NCBI GenBank assembly: GCA_973895155.1
Contig: OZ316898.1
Location: 9,163,079 to 9,227,078 of the forward strand
Origin: Marsupella aquatica
Taxonomy: Eukaryota; Plantae; Marchantiophyta
Length of the DNA: 64,000 nucleotides
Reading direction: 5' to 3'
A program made the position numbers and the translations under genes. The notes under the pieces were generated by a model. That model saw only the letters and a list, made by a program, of their open reading frames with translations. It was not told where the DNA came from and did not search any database. Below, in pieces: positions 1 through 12,407 of the stretch (positions are counted from its first letter, which is position 1; the number at the start of each line of letters is the position of its first letter).

Positions 1-1
1 A

Positions 2-613
2 GATGGTAGTAACTTCTCCGCAAGTCAGATTTTCCAGAAGGCAGCTCATTGTTGTGCCATTTGTGACGATGGTGGTGGCTAAGCCATATGTGAGGGCCCT
101 TGCATGAGGCATTTCCACCTCAACCTGGAGTCTGACCTTGCTGCAGAAAACAACTGTCCAGGGGTGGGCCTCCCGTCAGCACACCAGGGAGGCTGGATGT
201 GCACTGATTGTTTGGAGAAGCAGGCTAAGTGTGCACAGTGTGGGAAGTTGGGGTCTTATGAGGGCTCTGTTGATGCTCCACCACTTGTTAGGAAATGCCC
301 TGACAGATATTGTGTGAGGTTCTTTTGTTTTTCATGTTTGCCCGATCTTGCCACAGCTTGCCCACTTCATAAGTGCAAGGCATGTGGTCAGCACGATGAA
401 GATTTCTGGGTGGACATAGTCCACTGTGTTAGGTGTCCCACCATGTGGCACTTTCATTGTTTGAAGGAGCATCAAGCAGAAGGCTATGCTTGTGACAGAC
501 ACATCTATCATCACTCTGCACATGGTGTTGATCGATGGATCTTCTATTGTCATCGCCATGCCATAGATCCTACTTTGCACACTCCCATGAGAGATCACAT
601 TTCTTGGCTTTGA
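2..613 (+). pseudogene. EDM2-like composite PHD-finger region (5'-truncated, in-frame TAA at 80-82)
   Basis: Frame reads CAICDDGGG*AICEGPCMRHFH...WMCTDC..KCAQCGKLGS...CPLHKCKAC...CVRCPTMWHFHCL...WIFYCHRHAIDPTLHTPMRDHISW. This matches the motif order I recall for plant EDM2 PHD fingers (CAICDNGG..CEG.C.RSFH...CPLHKC..C...CRRCP..YH..CL...LIYC..HEID..L.TP.RDH). Confidence 0.8.
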
Positions 614-1211
614 ACCTGAATAATATACATGCATAGTGCACCTGATGTGGATACCTTGGAGATTGCAGACATTCCAATTTTGAGAAGAAGGACCTCTGTA
701 GGAGAGGATGCTTAGGCAACAAGTACCCTAAGTTCATTACTTGTTCCTGGGTACATGCCTTCAAAAACTGCCCTTAAGCCTTCTAGGAACTTTTTTAACT
801 CTGCAATCATTTTGATCACGACTTACATGACACTGCTTAAATTAAATCAGGACTTCTCATTATGAGCATATAAGTTACAAGGCTATTTAATTTGCGAGAA
901 TTCCCTTAAAGTGTACCAACATTTTGTATTCTCATTGAATGTCTGCCCATTTACAACATCCGTATGTGGCATCACAAAACAATTGCACTTGTCACCTTCA
1001 ATATTGTGAAGGCACATATTCAAACTATGAGGTGCATGCTTGCAGGTGTCTAGTACGTTTGTCCCAATATTTCTCCCGTTTGGAATTGGAGCAGAGACTC
1101 ACCAGATGACTGGACTGGACCAAGTTATAAATGCAGCATTTTAAGGGCCCTCCGATTATCAGGTGAACGCATTATCTTCCGGTCTGCAGTGATTAGGTGG
1201 CCCGTGTGTAC

Positions 1212-2060
1212 ATGGCCTCTAGGAAACGTACAAAGGTTGACCACCCGCCTCTGTTGGCTGGAATCAAAGCCATTTTGATTCCTGGCCACTATGGGTTCAC
1301 CCAAGTGAGTTGGCCAATCGTACAAAAACGATTCTCAGAGTTCCATGGGACTGAAGTCAAGGACATCACTCCACAGACTACACATGTTGTTGCGGGGACA
1401 TGGCTGGATGTGATGAACAAGTGGTCATGGTCCTTCATTGATTCTGCCATTACCAACCAAGGTCTAAAAGTAGTTGAAGTCTCTTGGCTGACCGATTCTG
1501 TTAAACATAGGTGTGTACAGAGTACTGAGCAATATGAGTTGTGGGAGAGTGAGGAGGCCACTGCAGAGGCTTTGGCTGAAAAGGAAGCCTATGAAGCAGC
1601 GGCAGAGAAACCCAACTTTGCTTCTGTCCAATATGGACCTGTTGTCAACATAGGACACCATCCTATGCGTGCAGATGCTATATTGAATGAGCATGGCAAG
1701 GAGAGAAATACCATTATGAAGGGGTTCAGTGTGGTATTTGCAGAAGAAGGAATTGGGGAGACTAAGTGCAGACTGTACAAGTCTATAGTTGTTGAGCTAG
1801 GTGGGACAGTGGAGGAGAGTCTAACAGAAACCTCCACTCATGTTGTAGGTCTGTCATACATGAAAATATGCAGAAAATTCTTTAAGACAACAGTGCATGA
1901 TTTTGTCATGAACAACAATCTTTGGGTGCTTTCCCCTGATTGGCTTCTGGAATCAGCAGCTAGAGGGAAGCGACAGAATGCTTGGGACTTTGATATTTTT
2001 GAGGCCTGGCCCTCCAAGATTCAGCGGAGATGTATGCTTAGCAAAGGTGGGAGAGAGTGA
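1212..2060 (+). CDS. Tandem BRCT-domain protein (TE cargo)
   Basis: Two BRCT-like repeats: GTEVKDITPQTTHVV...VVEVSWLTDS and LGGTVEESLTETSTHVV...VLSPDWLLES (THVV and W-x-x-[DE]-S signatures). ATG at 1212. Confidence 0.8.
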   Translation: MASRKRTKVDHPPLLAGIKAILIPGHYGFTQVSWPIVQKRFSEFHGTEVKDITPQTTHVVAGTWLDVMNKWSWSFIDSAITNQGLKVVEVSWLTDSVKHRCVQSTEQYELWESEEATAEALAEKEAYEAAAEKPNFASVQYGPVVNIGHHPMRADAILNEHGKERNTIMKGFSVVFAEEGIGETKCRLYKSIVVELGGTVEESLTETSTHVVGLSYMKICRKFFKTTVHDFVMNNNLWVLSPDWLLESAARGKRQNAWDFDIFEAWPSKIQRRCMLSKGGRE

Positions 2061-2200
2061 GGAGTAGGAGTCCCTCATATTTTTGTATAAAACACAATTT
2101 TGTAATAAATGTGATCCTTGAACTAACTCATCTTGTCATGGTTGGTCGCAGTTGAAGTGATTGTTGTTTCCTGCTGCGTGGGGTGTGACTGTGAATCTAC

Positions 2201-2770
2201 TTGCTGGGCTCTGTTTGGCTGAAGACTTTGGTGGGTATGCTGCCTCTTCCAGACCGTCAGGCCCTATGTAGGGTCCTCCTACGGGTTGCATCGTGCATGG
2301 CTATTGCTTGGGCTTACTTGTGTGGATTGGTAACCAGACAGAGTGTAGCTCCATCCGAGATAATGCCTGCAGACCTTGGATGTGTTGTGAATGCTGTGGT
2401 GAATGAGGATGCACAGTCGGAAGAGGACATTTACTTTTCAGCAGATGAGTTAGACAAGCACGATGCTGTAGGTGGTTCCTTGTTGCCTGATTTGGCAGAT
2501 GATATAGTTCTTACACATGTCTGGCTGAGGGTTCTTGTGGTGTCTGGCGCACAAGATATCTGCAAATATAGACTAATTAGTACCCAGTGGAGGGACTTGG
2601 TAGCAACATGTGCACCATGGAGGGCACTGCTGCCACTGCTTGTAGGCACGGATCGAAGACCACCATGGCATGAGCAGGGTTTAGACCTTGATGACTTAAT
2701 GTACATGCCTGAGTACCTCAGGGCTGAGTGGCATCGACAACAGGATTGGTATCCGTATTTGATGTGGTAG
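2201..2770 (+). CDS. F-box-like small protein (TE cargo)
   Basis: LLPDLADDIVLTHVWLRV...YRLISTQWRDLV resembles the F-box consensus (LP.LPDDI...I...L...LR.VSK.WR.LV). Start uncertain. Confidence 0.55.
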   Translation: MLGSVWLKTLVGMLPLPDRQALCRVLLRVASCMAIAWAYLCGLVTRQSVAPSEIMPADLGCVVNAVVNEDAQSEEDIYFSADELDKHDAVGGSLLPDLADDIVLTHVWLRVLVVSGAQDICKYRLISTQWRDLVATCAPWRALLPLLVGTDRRPPWHEQGLDLDDLMYMPEYLRAEWHRQQDWYPYLMW

Positions 2771-3096
2771 TAAGATGAGGACATCTCACACCGGTCTCGC
2801 ACCTGGCACCTGTGTCTATGACTATACATGATTGGACTCTGATATGGTCATGGATGTACGTGCAGAGGCAGTACATGTGAGGACAGCGGAGGAGTTGACA
2901 CCCTCAAACATTTAGGAATTTTGTCTCATTCACTTGAGAATAGGTACATGACTCAGGCACCTATATTTTTTGTTTTTTTGTTTTTTTGGAACGTTACGTA
3001 TTTTGGCAAGTACAGTCGGGGGTGAAATCCTTAACAGGAAGTGTATTTTTCACTTGCATAATAAAATGACAGGGTGCTGAGTGCGTGTGTATAGTG

Positions 3097-6000
3097 ATGG
3101 CTCCAAGGTTGCCTCTTCACAACCCATTTAGGATTAGGCATCATGATTCTAAATTGTGGATGCGTGAACAAGCTCGGGCCGCCCAAGGTAGGAGTAGGAG
3201 GATGAGATGCCCATGCACACAGTGCCAAGGATTCAAGTCGTTGAGTTTGAACACTGTGCACCTTCACCTGCTGCGGCATGAAAGGCACCCTCGGTGGAGG
3301 GTTTGGAATGTACCAGCAGAAGAAGACTCCTCTGATGAAGAGTGGAGAGCTGACTTTGTGGATTCTAATACAGCTAGGCGTAGAGACTACGTAGAGCAGG
3401 ACATAGACTGTGCAGAGGATGGTCCTGGGGTCCAACATGAGAACGTGGATGACCAAGATGGAGATGCAGAGGCAGTCACTGAGGACGGTGGGATGGATGT
3501 CCCAAGAATGGTTCAAGAGATTTTTGAAGACCTTGATGCTTTTTACGACACAGTGGAATCAGAAGAGGACAATGAACCGCAGCCACACATTGGCGACGGC
3601 CAAGCTCAACTTGACTTTGACATTGGGGAAGGTGCAGCAGAGAGGGAGTGGGTGTTTGGGGGCCCAAAACACATCAAAGAAGCTTGCATTCCTATCTATG
3701 AGGGGTCGAACTGCTCCAAGCTGGGTTTTGTCGTGTTGTTGTTGAACATCTGTGGCAATCACAATGTTCCCAATATATTTGTGACAGAGTTGTTGACCTT
3801 CCTGCGCCGAAATGTGTTACCAGATGGTAATTCAATTCCAAAAAATATGTACGAGGCTAGGAAATTGATGTCTAACCTTGGGCTGAACTATGTGTCTATT
3901 GACGCATGCCCTAATGGGTGTGTTCTCTTTCGCAAAGAGCATGCAGATAAATTGACATGCCCTCATTGTGGTAAGCACAGGTACAAGAATGTAGGGAAAT
4001 GTACACACCCTGCCAAGGTTCTTCGTCATTTTCCTCTCATTCCTAGACTACAACGTCTGTTTAGATGCCCTGCCATTTCCAAGCTGATGACATGGACTCC
4101 TGATAACAAGAGCAGTGATGGCCTGCAGCGTCACATTGGAGATTCCAACCATTGGAAATTTGTTGATGAGAGGTGGCCACAGTTTGCTGCAGAGAAGCGG
4201 AACTTTCGATTTGGTCTATCACTGGATGGAGTAAACCCATTTGGAGACAAAAACAACCGTTATTCATGTTGGCCGGTTACGCTACTAAATTACAACCTTC
4301 CCCCATGGATGACTACAAAGAGGTTTTTTGTCATGATGGTGCTGTTAATCCCTGGACCAGCTTCTGTGACCGAGCAATTCATAGATATCATGTTGGCTCC
4401 AGCAGTGGAAGAGTGGAAGACTTTGTGGATAGAAGGGGTGCTAACCCATGATGTTCTGAAGGGGCTTCTTCGACCCAGCCCCTTTAGACTGCATGCAATT
4501 TGTTTGCTGGATATAGCAGATTACCCAGGCCATGGCATCATATCTGGACGAGTGACAAAGGGCTATGTGGGGTGCACACCATGTGGGAAAAATGTGACAA
4601 GTGAGTGGTCGCATGCCCTGCACAGTATGAAATTTCAAGGGCATAGAAGGTATCTGCCTGTTGATCATCCTTACAGGCACACACGGTCTCAAATTGCACA
4701 CTTCAATAACAAAACAGAGCTTCGTGGCCCACCACAGAGGGTCACCAGAGAGCAAGTCCTGAGGTGGGCAGCCAGGAAGGCTGATTGGGACAAGAGAAGT
4801 GCCACTGATCGAGAACCTGAGGATCCAGTGGTGAAACACGGTGTGAAAAGACAGACCTTGATGGACTTGGAGTTGGAGTACTGGAGGGTAATGTACTTAG
4901 CCTCCAGCCCCTGTATGATTGCAATTTTAGATTGGAGCAATGATGGATTGATGTTGGTTACAATCCTCCTATGTGGTTAATTAGTGTTTCTGTTGTTGAA
5001 TTCTTTGCTTTGTGGAGTGCAGGAATTCGAGCCCAGCAAACACAATGTGGACGTCATGCACATTGAGAAAAATATTTGTGAGAGCTTGCTGAAGTTCTTG
5101 TCGGGTGAGAAAGATACAGGAGCAGTTCGAGCTGATATGCAACAGAAGGGGATTCGCCCTCACCTTTGGTTGAAGCCCCATGCAAGCAATCCCAATGTAC
5201 TTCTCAAGTTCCAAGCTCCCTATGTGTGCACACAGGATGAATGGAAGACATTCTTGTATAGATTGAGCTGTCTGAAAGTGCCCTCTGTTAATGCTGGTGC
5301 CTTCAAGAAGCATATTACAAAGAATAAACTTGGCAGTATGAAAACACATGACTACCATGTGTTGATACAGCACATTCTGCCCCTATGCCTCAGAGGTCTC
5401 ATGCAGAAACCAGTCCGTAATGTCATTCTTCGACTGTGCAATGTATTTCGCCGTATATGTGTGAAAGTGTGGGATCCCCAAGGATTGGAGCAGTTGAAGC
5501 AGGATGCTGCTTATGTCCTCTGTGACTTGGAGATATACTTCCCCCTTGCTTTCTTTGATGTTATGACTCATCTCCTAATCCATGTGGTAGAAGAGCTAGG
5601 GCAGTATGGGCCAGTCAGTACCAGATGGATGTACCCTATGGAGCGATACATGAAGTTGTTGAAAGGTCATGTGAGAACATACTACAGGCCAGAGGCTTCC
5701 ATGGCATTGGGGTACATTAAGGATGAGACGTTGGGATTCCTAACAGAGTACATGGCTGGGTCTGGTGAAGCTATGACAAGAGTTTGGAAATCTGGTGAAG
5801 ATGATGGAGTGAGTGGCGAGGTTGTTGAAGGTGTGGGACGTGCTGTTCAGCTGCCTGTTGCGATTCGAGACAAGGCTCATTCATATGTGCTGGCAAACAC
5901 AGAGCCTATGCAACCATGGTGGAGGTGAGTGATTGAATTGACTTGCCTTTGTTGTGATGCTTCTTGTCTGTTCCAAGGGTGATCTTAGGTTGTCATGTGT

Positions 6001-6797
6001 TGTTTAGACCTAACTATGCCTGTACCTCATAATGCAGGGAATATGATATGCAAAAAGCTGCACACTTTGGGCAGCAGGATCCCTTCCCACAGTTCGAGCA
6101 GTGGATTCGGGTGACAATTCGAGAGCATAGTAGACATCACCCAGATATGGAGAAGGATTTGTATCTTCTATCTGTGCCACCACGATTGTCTATTCTGACC
6201 TACAAACGGATGAGAGCTTATGGAAATCATTATCGAGTGAGGGATGAGCAGGGTGACCATTGTGTATCATATGATTGTGGTTTGATTTCTGTGTTTGAGC
6301 AGAGAACCTCTGAAGAACAGAGGGGGTGGATGAAGATGGGTTACGTGGGGGAGTTGACCGACATTTGGGTGTTGAATTATGGTAACACAAGTGTCCCAGT
6401 GATATTGATGAAGGGATCATGGGTGAAATCAGAGTGGCAGAGACCAAGGGCCACCATGAAGCGTGATCATGATGGGTTCTTGTTGGCCAATTTTAGGTCC
6501 AGAGTACCAGAATGGTCTGAGCCTTTTGTTTTCCCTAGCCAAGTTGAACAGGCTTTCTTTGCAGATGTGGAGGAGTCACATGGCTGGAGGGTGGTATGCC
6601 ATAGCCAAGCACGGAACAGGCGGATGGATGGAAGTAAAGTAGAGTTCAGTTTGGATGACCATGCTGCATTCGAGCATCCTAGTCATGAGACTGTACTTCC
6701 AACTCGGGCAGGGACTGACTACATCCCCTTAACATTGAGAGAGACATATGATGAACCTGGGCAAATGGAATATGATGAGGTTGATGATTTGCAATAG
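3097..6797 (+). CDS. CACTA Tnp2/TnpD-like transposase, 3 exons (3097-4887, 5023-5924, 6038-6797), about 1150 aa, apparently intact
   Basis: Motifs CPCTQC, IDACPNGC..F, LRHFPLIPRLQRLF, LSLDGVNPF, YNLPPW, DYPG, DVMHIEKN, MKTHDYH, FFDVMTHL..H, WMYPMERYM, EPFVFPSQVEQAFF. GT-AG introns join the three ORFs in phase (1791+902+760 nt) with no stop. Confidence 0.93.
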
Positions 6798-6974
6798 GCA
6801 ACAGCTGGCGATTGGCAAGTATGAGGTTGAGGATGACTACCTGCACAGAGTCACATAACGGGAATTGCTGCCTGGAATGATGTTTAGGATAGTTGGATAT
6901 GCATGAAATTGATTGATACTTTGAATTTAGTGTGCTGATTCTCCCTGTTTGGTTGTGGGTGCTGTGCAGAAGCT

Positions 6975-9900
6975 ATGGGGGAAGAGGGTGATGACATGGA
7001 GACAGACATGGGGCTTGGAGAGTGGGGTGAAGAGGAAAGATTGGATATGGATGGAGACCCAGATGCAGGGGGCTCACAGAAAAATGCACCTGTGCAAGAT
7101 GCACAGGGCCCTCATCAAGTCCCAGGTAGGTGGGCAGCTAGAGAGAAATCACATAATCCATACCCTAGAAGGAGCCAGAGTTATTGGCAAGGGACGCCTG
7201 ATAATTATGATGATGACTATGATGGAGCAGAAGATGGATGGGATGAATATGAACACCCAGAGCGTGGTAGAGACGGGTACAGAGGGCAATGGAAAGGTGA
7301 GGAGGATGATTGGACAAGTAAGTGCCTTGTGCTAGTGATTTTGTGATGGTAGTAGAGATTTAGCTCAATATGCACTTATCTGATGTGTAGCTAGGGCAAA
7401 GAGTTTATCTTACAGGTCCATGAGTGTGGCATGTACCTGTTGGTATGCAGACTCTGATTGGGACAATCACGAAAACAACAAAGGCCATCCACGTTCAGAT
7501 AGGAGGCAATCATTCACAGGCGGGAGAAACGCCCCTAATTCATCAAGACAAAGCAATAGGACAGGTGGTCCAGAACCATCTATGCGCCAAGGGAGAGGTA
7601 ACTTGGTCATTGCAGAATTGCTCTGAAGTCCACTGTATATTTGGCAGCGGGATTTATGATTCATACTTACCTAATGTAAGTGACTGTAAATGGATCCTGT
7701 AAATGTGCAGGGACTCCAGGGAGGTTTGGACAATGCAATCCAGGCCGTGGGGGGAGATCAGGCCGTGGAGGGACCCCAGGCCGTGGGGGGACACCAGGCC
7801 GTGGAGGGACACCTAGTAGCGCTTCAGGGAGTACCAAGGCAGGAGACAGTAACAAATTTGGTAAAGTAGAAGTGAATTCCGAAGGTTGGATAACTCCCAC
7901 ATGTGATGGTAAGAACCGTTGGCATTCTGACCTAAGAGGAGAAGTATTGCGTTGGTTAGATTTGAGCATTACAAAGTTTAGGAGTCAGAACAAAGCTGAT
8001 TGGGCTGCTATCTGCAAGGACATTCTTGAACGGTGGGAGTATGTTGGTAATGATGGTAAGGGCCCAGTTGAAGATTGCATATCAGATTATGCAATGAGGA
8101 TTTTGAAACAAGAGAGGCATAGGTTGAAAAGGATGTGGATAGACAATGGTTCTAACAGGAGAATGCCACCACCCCCATCATTGGAACTGGATCAATGGAC
8201 ACGGTTAATCAAAGGGTTCATGTCGGAGGCTGGACAGAGCAAGAGTGAACTGATGTCAAATGCTCGAGGCAAAGTGAAACACCTTTCACAGGCTGGGAGA
8301 GGAAGTTATGCTCCAGTGAAAGAACAATTGGTAAGGCAGTGACATGCCTGATAGTAAGCCTCAAACTTATCATCTTGCTACCATTATTACATTTTCATTG
8401 ACAATCAACACTTGGTTTCATTCATATGTATGTTCATGTGGACTGCAGAAGAAATTGACAGGTGAAGAACCATCAGCACAAGAAGTGAGAGAGGAGTTCA
8501 TGAAACAAAGGAGTGAGGTGACAAGTGTAACTTCCAAACAGGTGATTATGTTATAATTCTGTATGTTCTGTGACTATTTGGCCTTGAGCATCAGAAAGAA
8601 ATGTAGTAGGAAGTAAGCAACCAGTTCTTGGGGACAGTTATCTGAGATATGTAAGCTGTGTTATGACAGGGAACTGTTACAACTCTCACAGAGATGTGTG
8701 AACGGTTGAAGTCATTAGAGTGTGGACTCCCTCGAGTGGAAAGTAAATTGGCTGATCGTTTGGATATTGTGGAGGCATCTGTAGCGAACCTTCTTGCATC
8801 AGTGGAATCTAATTTCAAGCTTGTGATTGAAAAATTGGGTGGTTCCCAACCAAACAATGAGGGCAACATTGTACAAAGTGTGCCCTTGTTAACAAAAAAG
8901 GGAATTGGCAAATCTGACACAGGTATGGAAATGACACCGGCCCATTGTTCATTGTGTCCTATGTTCAAATGTCAGAAGTAAGTTTTCATGAATTGAGTGA
9001 ATGGTTTGAATGCAGGAAGAGTGGAGGCAGAGAAGGACCTTGTAATCAGTAAGCAGAAGGGCAAGAAGGTTGCTGAGACAGGTAACCTGCTATGATCCAA
9101 TACATTTGAAAAGTGCATGGAGTTTTGTGAAGCTTAAGCCGGTTGGAGGTAATCTTTTCTGTAAGAACTGGTTGGATGAACTGGGATCTGAAGTGACATC
9201 ATGATTGATGTATCAGGTGATTCAAATAGCAATAATGAAGAAGATGTGCCCAGTGCCTCAGTGACCATAGCCAAGGAGGTATCAGGTAAGCTGATGCTTT
9301 AAATTCCTCTATATGAATGTTGAGCAACAATTCAGTGGTTAATAGATTCAACCTGAATATTGTGGTGTGTTTATTGATCAACAGAAGCAGACATGGAGCA
9401 TATGGCAATGGCAAAGAAGGGGAAGAAGGCTGTTCATAATGGTAAGGAGATAGTGACAACTTTGTGGTTGGTGACATGTACATTTAGCACATGTGATGAG
9501 TGATTGACTTATGTTGGACATGACACTGAATTGTAGTTGATGCAGAGTTGACAGACTCTCAACCAAGTGGGAGTAGGGTGAAGCGACGTCGAAACTTGGG
9601 AGCAACATTGGATGCAAGTAAGATTGTAGATGCTTCAATTGAAGCAAGTACAATGTTGGCAGATACTGAGATGATGTCGCAGGGAAATCCTGCTACACAA
9701 TCAGAAGTGTCAAATATGGATGCAGATTCTTTGAAGAAGAGTGTAGCCAATTCTCGATCACCAGCACAAAACACTCGTGCCAAAGTCATGACTCGCAACC
9801 AAGGTATGAATAATGTCATGTATAAGCCACCCAGGAAAGCCAAGAAAAACAGCCAGGGTAAGGTGGAGGTGATAGCCACAGCAGAGCCAGTCCATAATCT

Positions 9901-10141
9901 TCTATCATGGGAGGATGACTCGCAGGTATGTGTGGGTACAGGCATTTTGCGACCGGATCATGCAAAATTCCATGGCAAAGTGGTCCCGGATGACCATGTA
10001 GTAGTGTTGTTGACTACAGTGATTGTATCTGATTGTAATTTGCCATTTCCGAATAGAGACGATGATCCACCTCAGGAAATAATTGCAGATGCAATAGGAT
10101 CTCTTGTGCTCTGGCCATCAGAGTGTGTTAGTCTGCAGTGA
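6975..10141 (+). CDS. CACTA TnpA/Tnp1-like multi-exon gene (exon boundaries approximate)
   Basis: Exon 7710-8330 (W.....K....W, ERHRLKR.W, PPP....DQW..LIK.F......KSE.M..AR.KV) is Ptta/EnSpm-like. Last exon 9548-10141 has FHGK.VP...V.V..V....LPFP......I.DAIG..VLWP, typical of the Tnp1 C-terminus. Lies downstream of Tnp2 on the same strand. Confidence 0.75.
7738..7815 (+). repeat. 18-bp coding tandem repeat (PGRGGT-like, 4 copies)
   Basis: CAGGCCGTGG(G/A)GGGA unit repeated four times. Confidence 0.85.
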
Positions 10142-10639
10142 CTGAATGCAAGTGTAGATAGCATCATGTGAATTGTGTCACATTTTGACATTGCCTTGGA
10201 AAGATCCAAGAAATATCTGTACCAATTTTTCCATTTGGTAAAGAGGATGAAGGAGACGTTGTGTGTGACATTGATATTTCTGAATTCTGTATGTATGAAA
10301 CAAGTGATTGATGTCAAACTATGGCTCTATGGTGATTGTCTATGATACTGGAATCTATTTTATCATTTCAGTATTAGTGTGTATGGTATAGAGGAATACT
10401 TTGTGACCTTCTTTGTAGTCTATGAAGTTTGAATCTGTGAATTCATATTAGTGTACATGGTATAGAAGATGGGTTTCTGAAACTATGTATTCTAATGTTA
10501 ACATGATGAATGGTGAACTTATAGAGTGAGTTCATTCCAAGTACACAATAAAACATGAATGCAATATGTTATTTGTGCACAAGAGTGGGTTCATTCCAAG
10601 TAGTATAGTGGGGTCTTCATCACTCATATCCAGTTGACA

Positions 10640-10967
10640 TAAAAGACTTATACATACCCCACAAAGTATATTTAAAGACTACCCTCCATAACCTTTTTAG
10701 TCGTTCCCAACGACTCATCATCGCAGCCCATAAAAGACTAAAAACGACTCACCAAAGCTACCCACACAAAGACTAAAATAGACTGAAAATCCAGTCTATT
10801 AAACGACTTATAAACCAGTTCTATAAAGGACTCAGTTGATTATAGTAACAAAACATACGACTCGCAGTCCTATAAAGGACTAGAGTCCTTCCCAGTCGTT
10901 TCCAAGTCCTATACGGTACTGAATAGTCGTTTAATGGGGTCTAAATACCCCCCGGTTTCTACTAGTG
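10640..10967. repeat. CACTA subterminal repeats and right TIR
   Basis: Many AAGACT/ACGACT/AGTCGT motifs in both orientations. TIR ends at 10967 and is followed by ATC (candidate 3-bp TSD). Confidence 0.75.
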
Positions 10968-11864
10968 ATCGGCGAGGATTTTCTCTGAAGGGACCTGCAT
11001 AAGACTCACCCAAACAGTTGTTGACCACATCTTTCATATCATCTTCGGTCAGGTTCTCAAATGTAGGGTAGGATTGTACCATATCACTCACTTCCCAACA
11101 TATCTCATCTCCAGTGACATCCAAGATGGTATACTCAATCTTGGAACGCCAAATCTTACTTCCCCACTTATGGGAAAGTAAAGCATAGATTGCAGCATTA
11201 CTTTCATGGTCATCATTTATATTAACAAATGACCAAAGTGGATTGTTGACAGATATATATTGTCGGATGTCATAAGCCTTCCACAATTTTCTAAGGAATG
11301 GCCAAAGTATCTCTGGTAGAAAAGTGTCACTCTCGGCAATGTGTGAGAAGGGAGTTGGGAACAAACCACTATATTGTGGATTTGCAAAAGCCTTCACTGG
11401 AGAGTCATCAATAAGTAGAGTGTTTGTATCATCATACTTGTCTCCAAAACGACTCCACACCACACGCAAATCCTTCAACATAATATTTGCTTTCCCATCT
11501 GCTACGTCCGGTCTTTTTATGCCAGTATCAAAAGCATCTTCTTGTGTGAAAACAAATTTAAATTGCCTCCGCTCCTCTTCTTTGAAAATCAAATTCATCA
11601 TTTCATTAGTTCTTGGCCTCCCCGCACAAGTCCACAATGCGACATCAAAACCTTTGAAAGCCACCTCCAAAAATTGGTGCAACCCTGGCCTTTCCACGTA
11701 CATGAAATTGAATCCACCCCGTCTCCCCCAATGCACACCCCGCACAGTTGTTGTAGATCTTAACGGTCCTGAGCTTTTTGTTTTGACGCAATCCCAACAA
11801 ATTTTGTTCAGGTCCAAAATCAAGAGTTTTCTTCTTATATCAGAGTGCAATTTAGGAGTGAAAT
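10968..11864 (-). pseudogene. FCP1/NIF-family HAD phosphatase-like gene truncated by the CACTA insertion
   Basis: RKLLILDLNK...RPGLHQFL...FDVALWT...LKDLRVVW...NTLLIDDSPVKAFANP. The ORF runs into the CACTA TIR (SLVETGG is encoded by the TIR). Candidate acceptor TTTGCAG near 11865. Confidence 0.85.
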
Positions 11865-12343
11865 CTGCAAAGATCCAAATGAATCAAAATTATATCTAAA
11901 AGATAAAAAAGAAGAACTTAGGGTCGAACCTGGATCGACCCGACCTAATGGGGAAAACAAACATATCATTTTTGAATGTCAAAGCATTTTGATATATCAA
12001 TGTAGAAGTACCTTGCTCAAATGCTTTGTCTTGGACCAGGGTACCGCTTGCTGAAGGTAGACCAATAATATCCTTCGATGGAAGAGAACACGATTTCGGA
12101 CCGACCGAGAAGTGTGTCGGAGTTCTCGTTTAGCCCGATCCCGTTTTTTTTCTAAGGCAATGCAATGACCGATAAAACTGGCAAAAACTCTCCGAAACGC
12201 CACTTTCCTCCATTGCATCGCCGCGGGAATGCAGGGAGCGATACGTGCATCGGGTTTTACATTCCGTCAGTGAAAAAGTCCGAACTACGAGTAACTTGGT
12301 CCGAACCGCGTAATCCAGGAACGACCACGCACTAATCCAGGTA

Positions 12344-12407
12344 AAGGGGAAACTTAACCATGGTTAAGGGGAAATTAACCATGGTTAAGGGGAAATTAAC
12401 CATGGTT
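12344..12407. repeat. Three 21-22 bp tandem units containing the palindrome TTAACCATGGTTAA, just upstream of TATATAAA (12420)
   Basis: Read directly from the sequence; third copy lacks the last AA. Confidence 0.85.

Larger units (their letters stand above)
1..10967 (+). mobile_element. CACTA/EnSpm DNA transposon, right-hand part (left end outside window)
   Basis: Contains Tnp2-like and TnpA-like genes. Ends in CCCCCCGGTTTCTACTAGTG (reverse complement CACTAGTAGAAACCGGGGGG) at 10948-10967, preceded by short subterminal repeats. Inclusion of 1-2800 is inferred because no left TIR is seen in the window. Confidence 0.85.

Noticed and set aside
10909-10967. Genuine C-terminus of the phosphatase ORF
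   Set aside because: These codons are read through the CACTA TIR and subterminal region.
11997-12218. ORFs 11997-12218 (-) and 15228-15443 (+) sharing SRSVRNRV as paralogous proteins
   Set aside because: The shared peptide is simply the translation of the 25-bp DNA inverted repeat.
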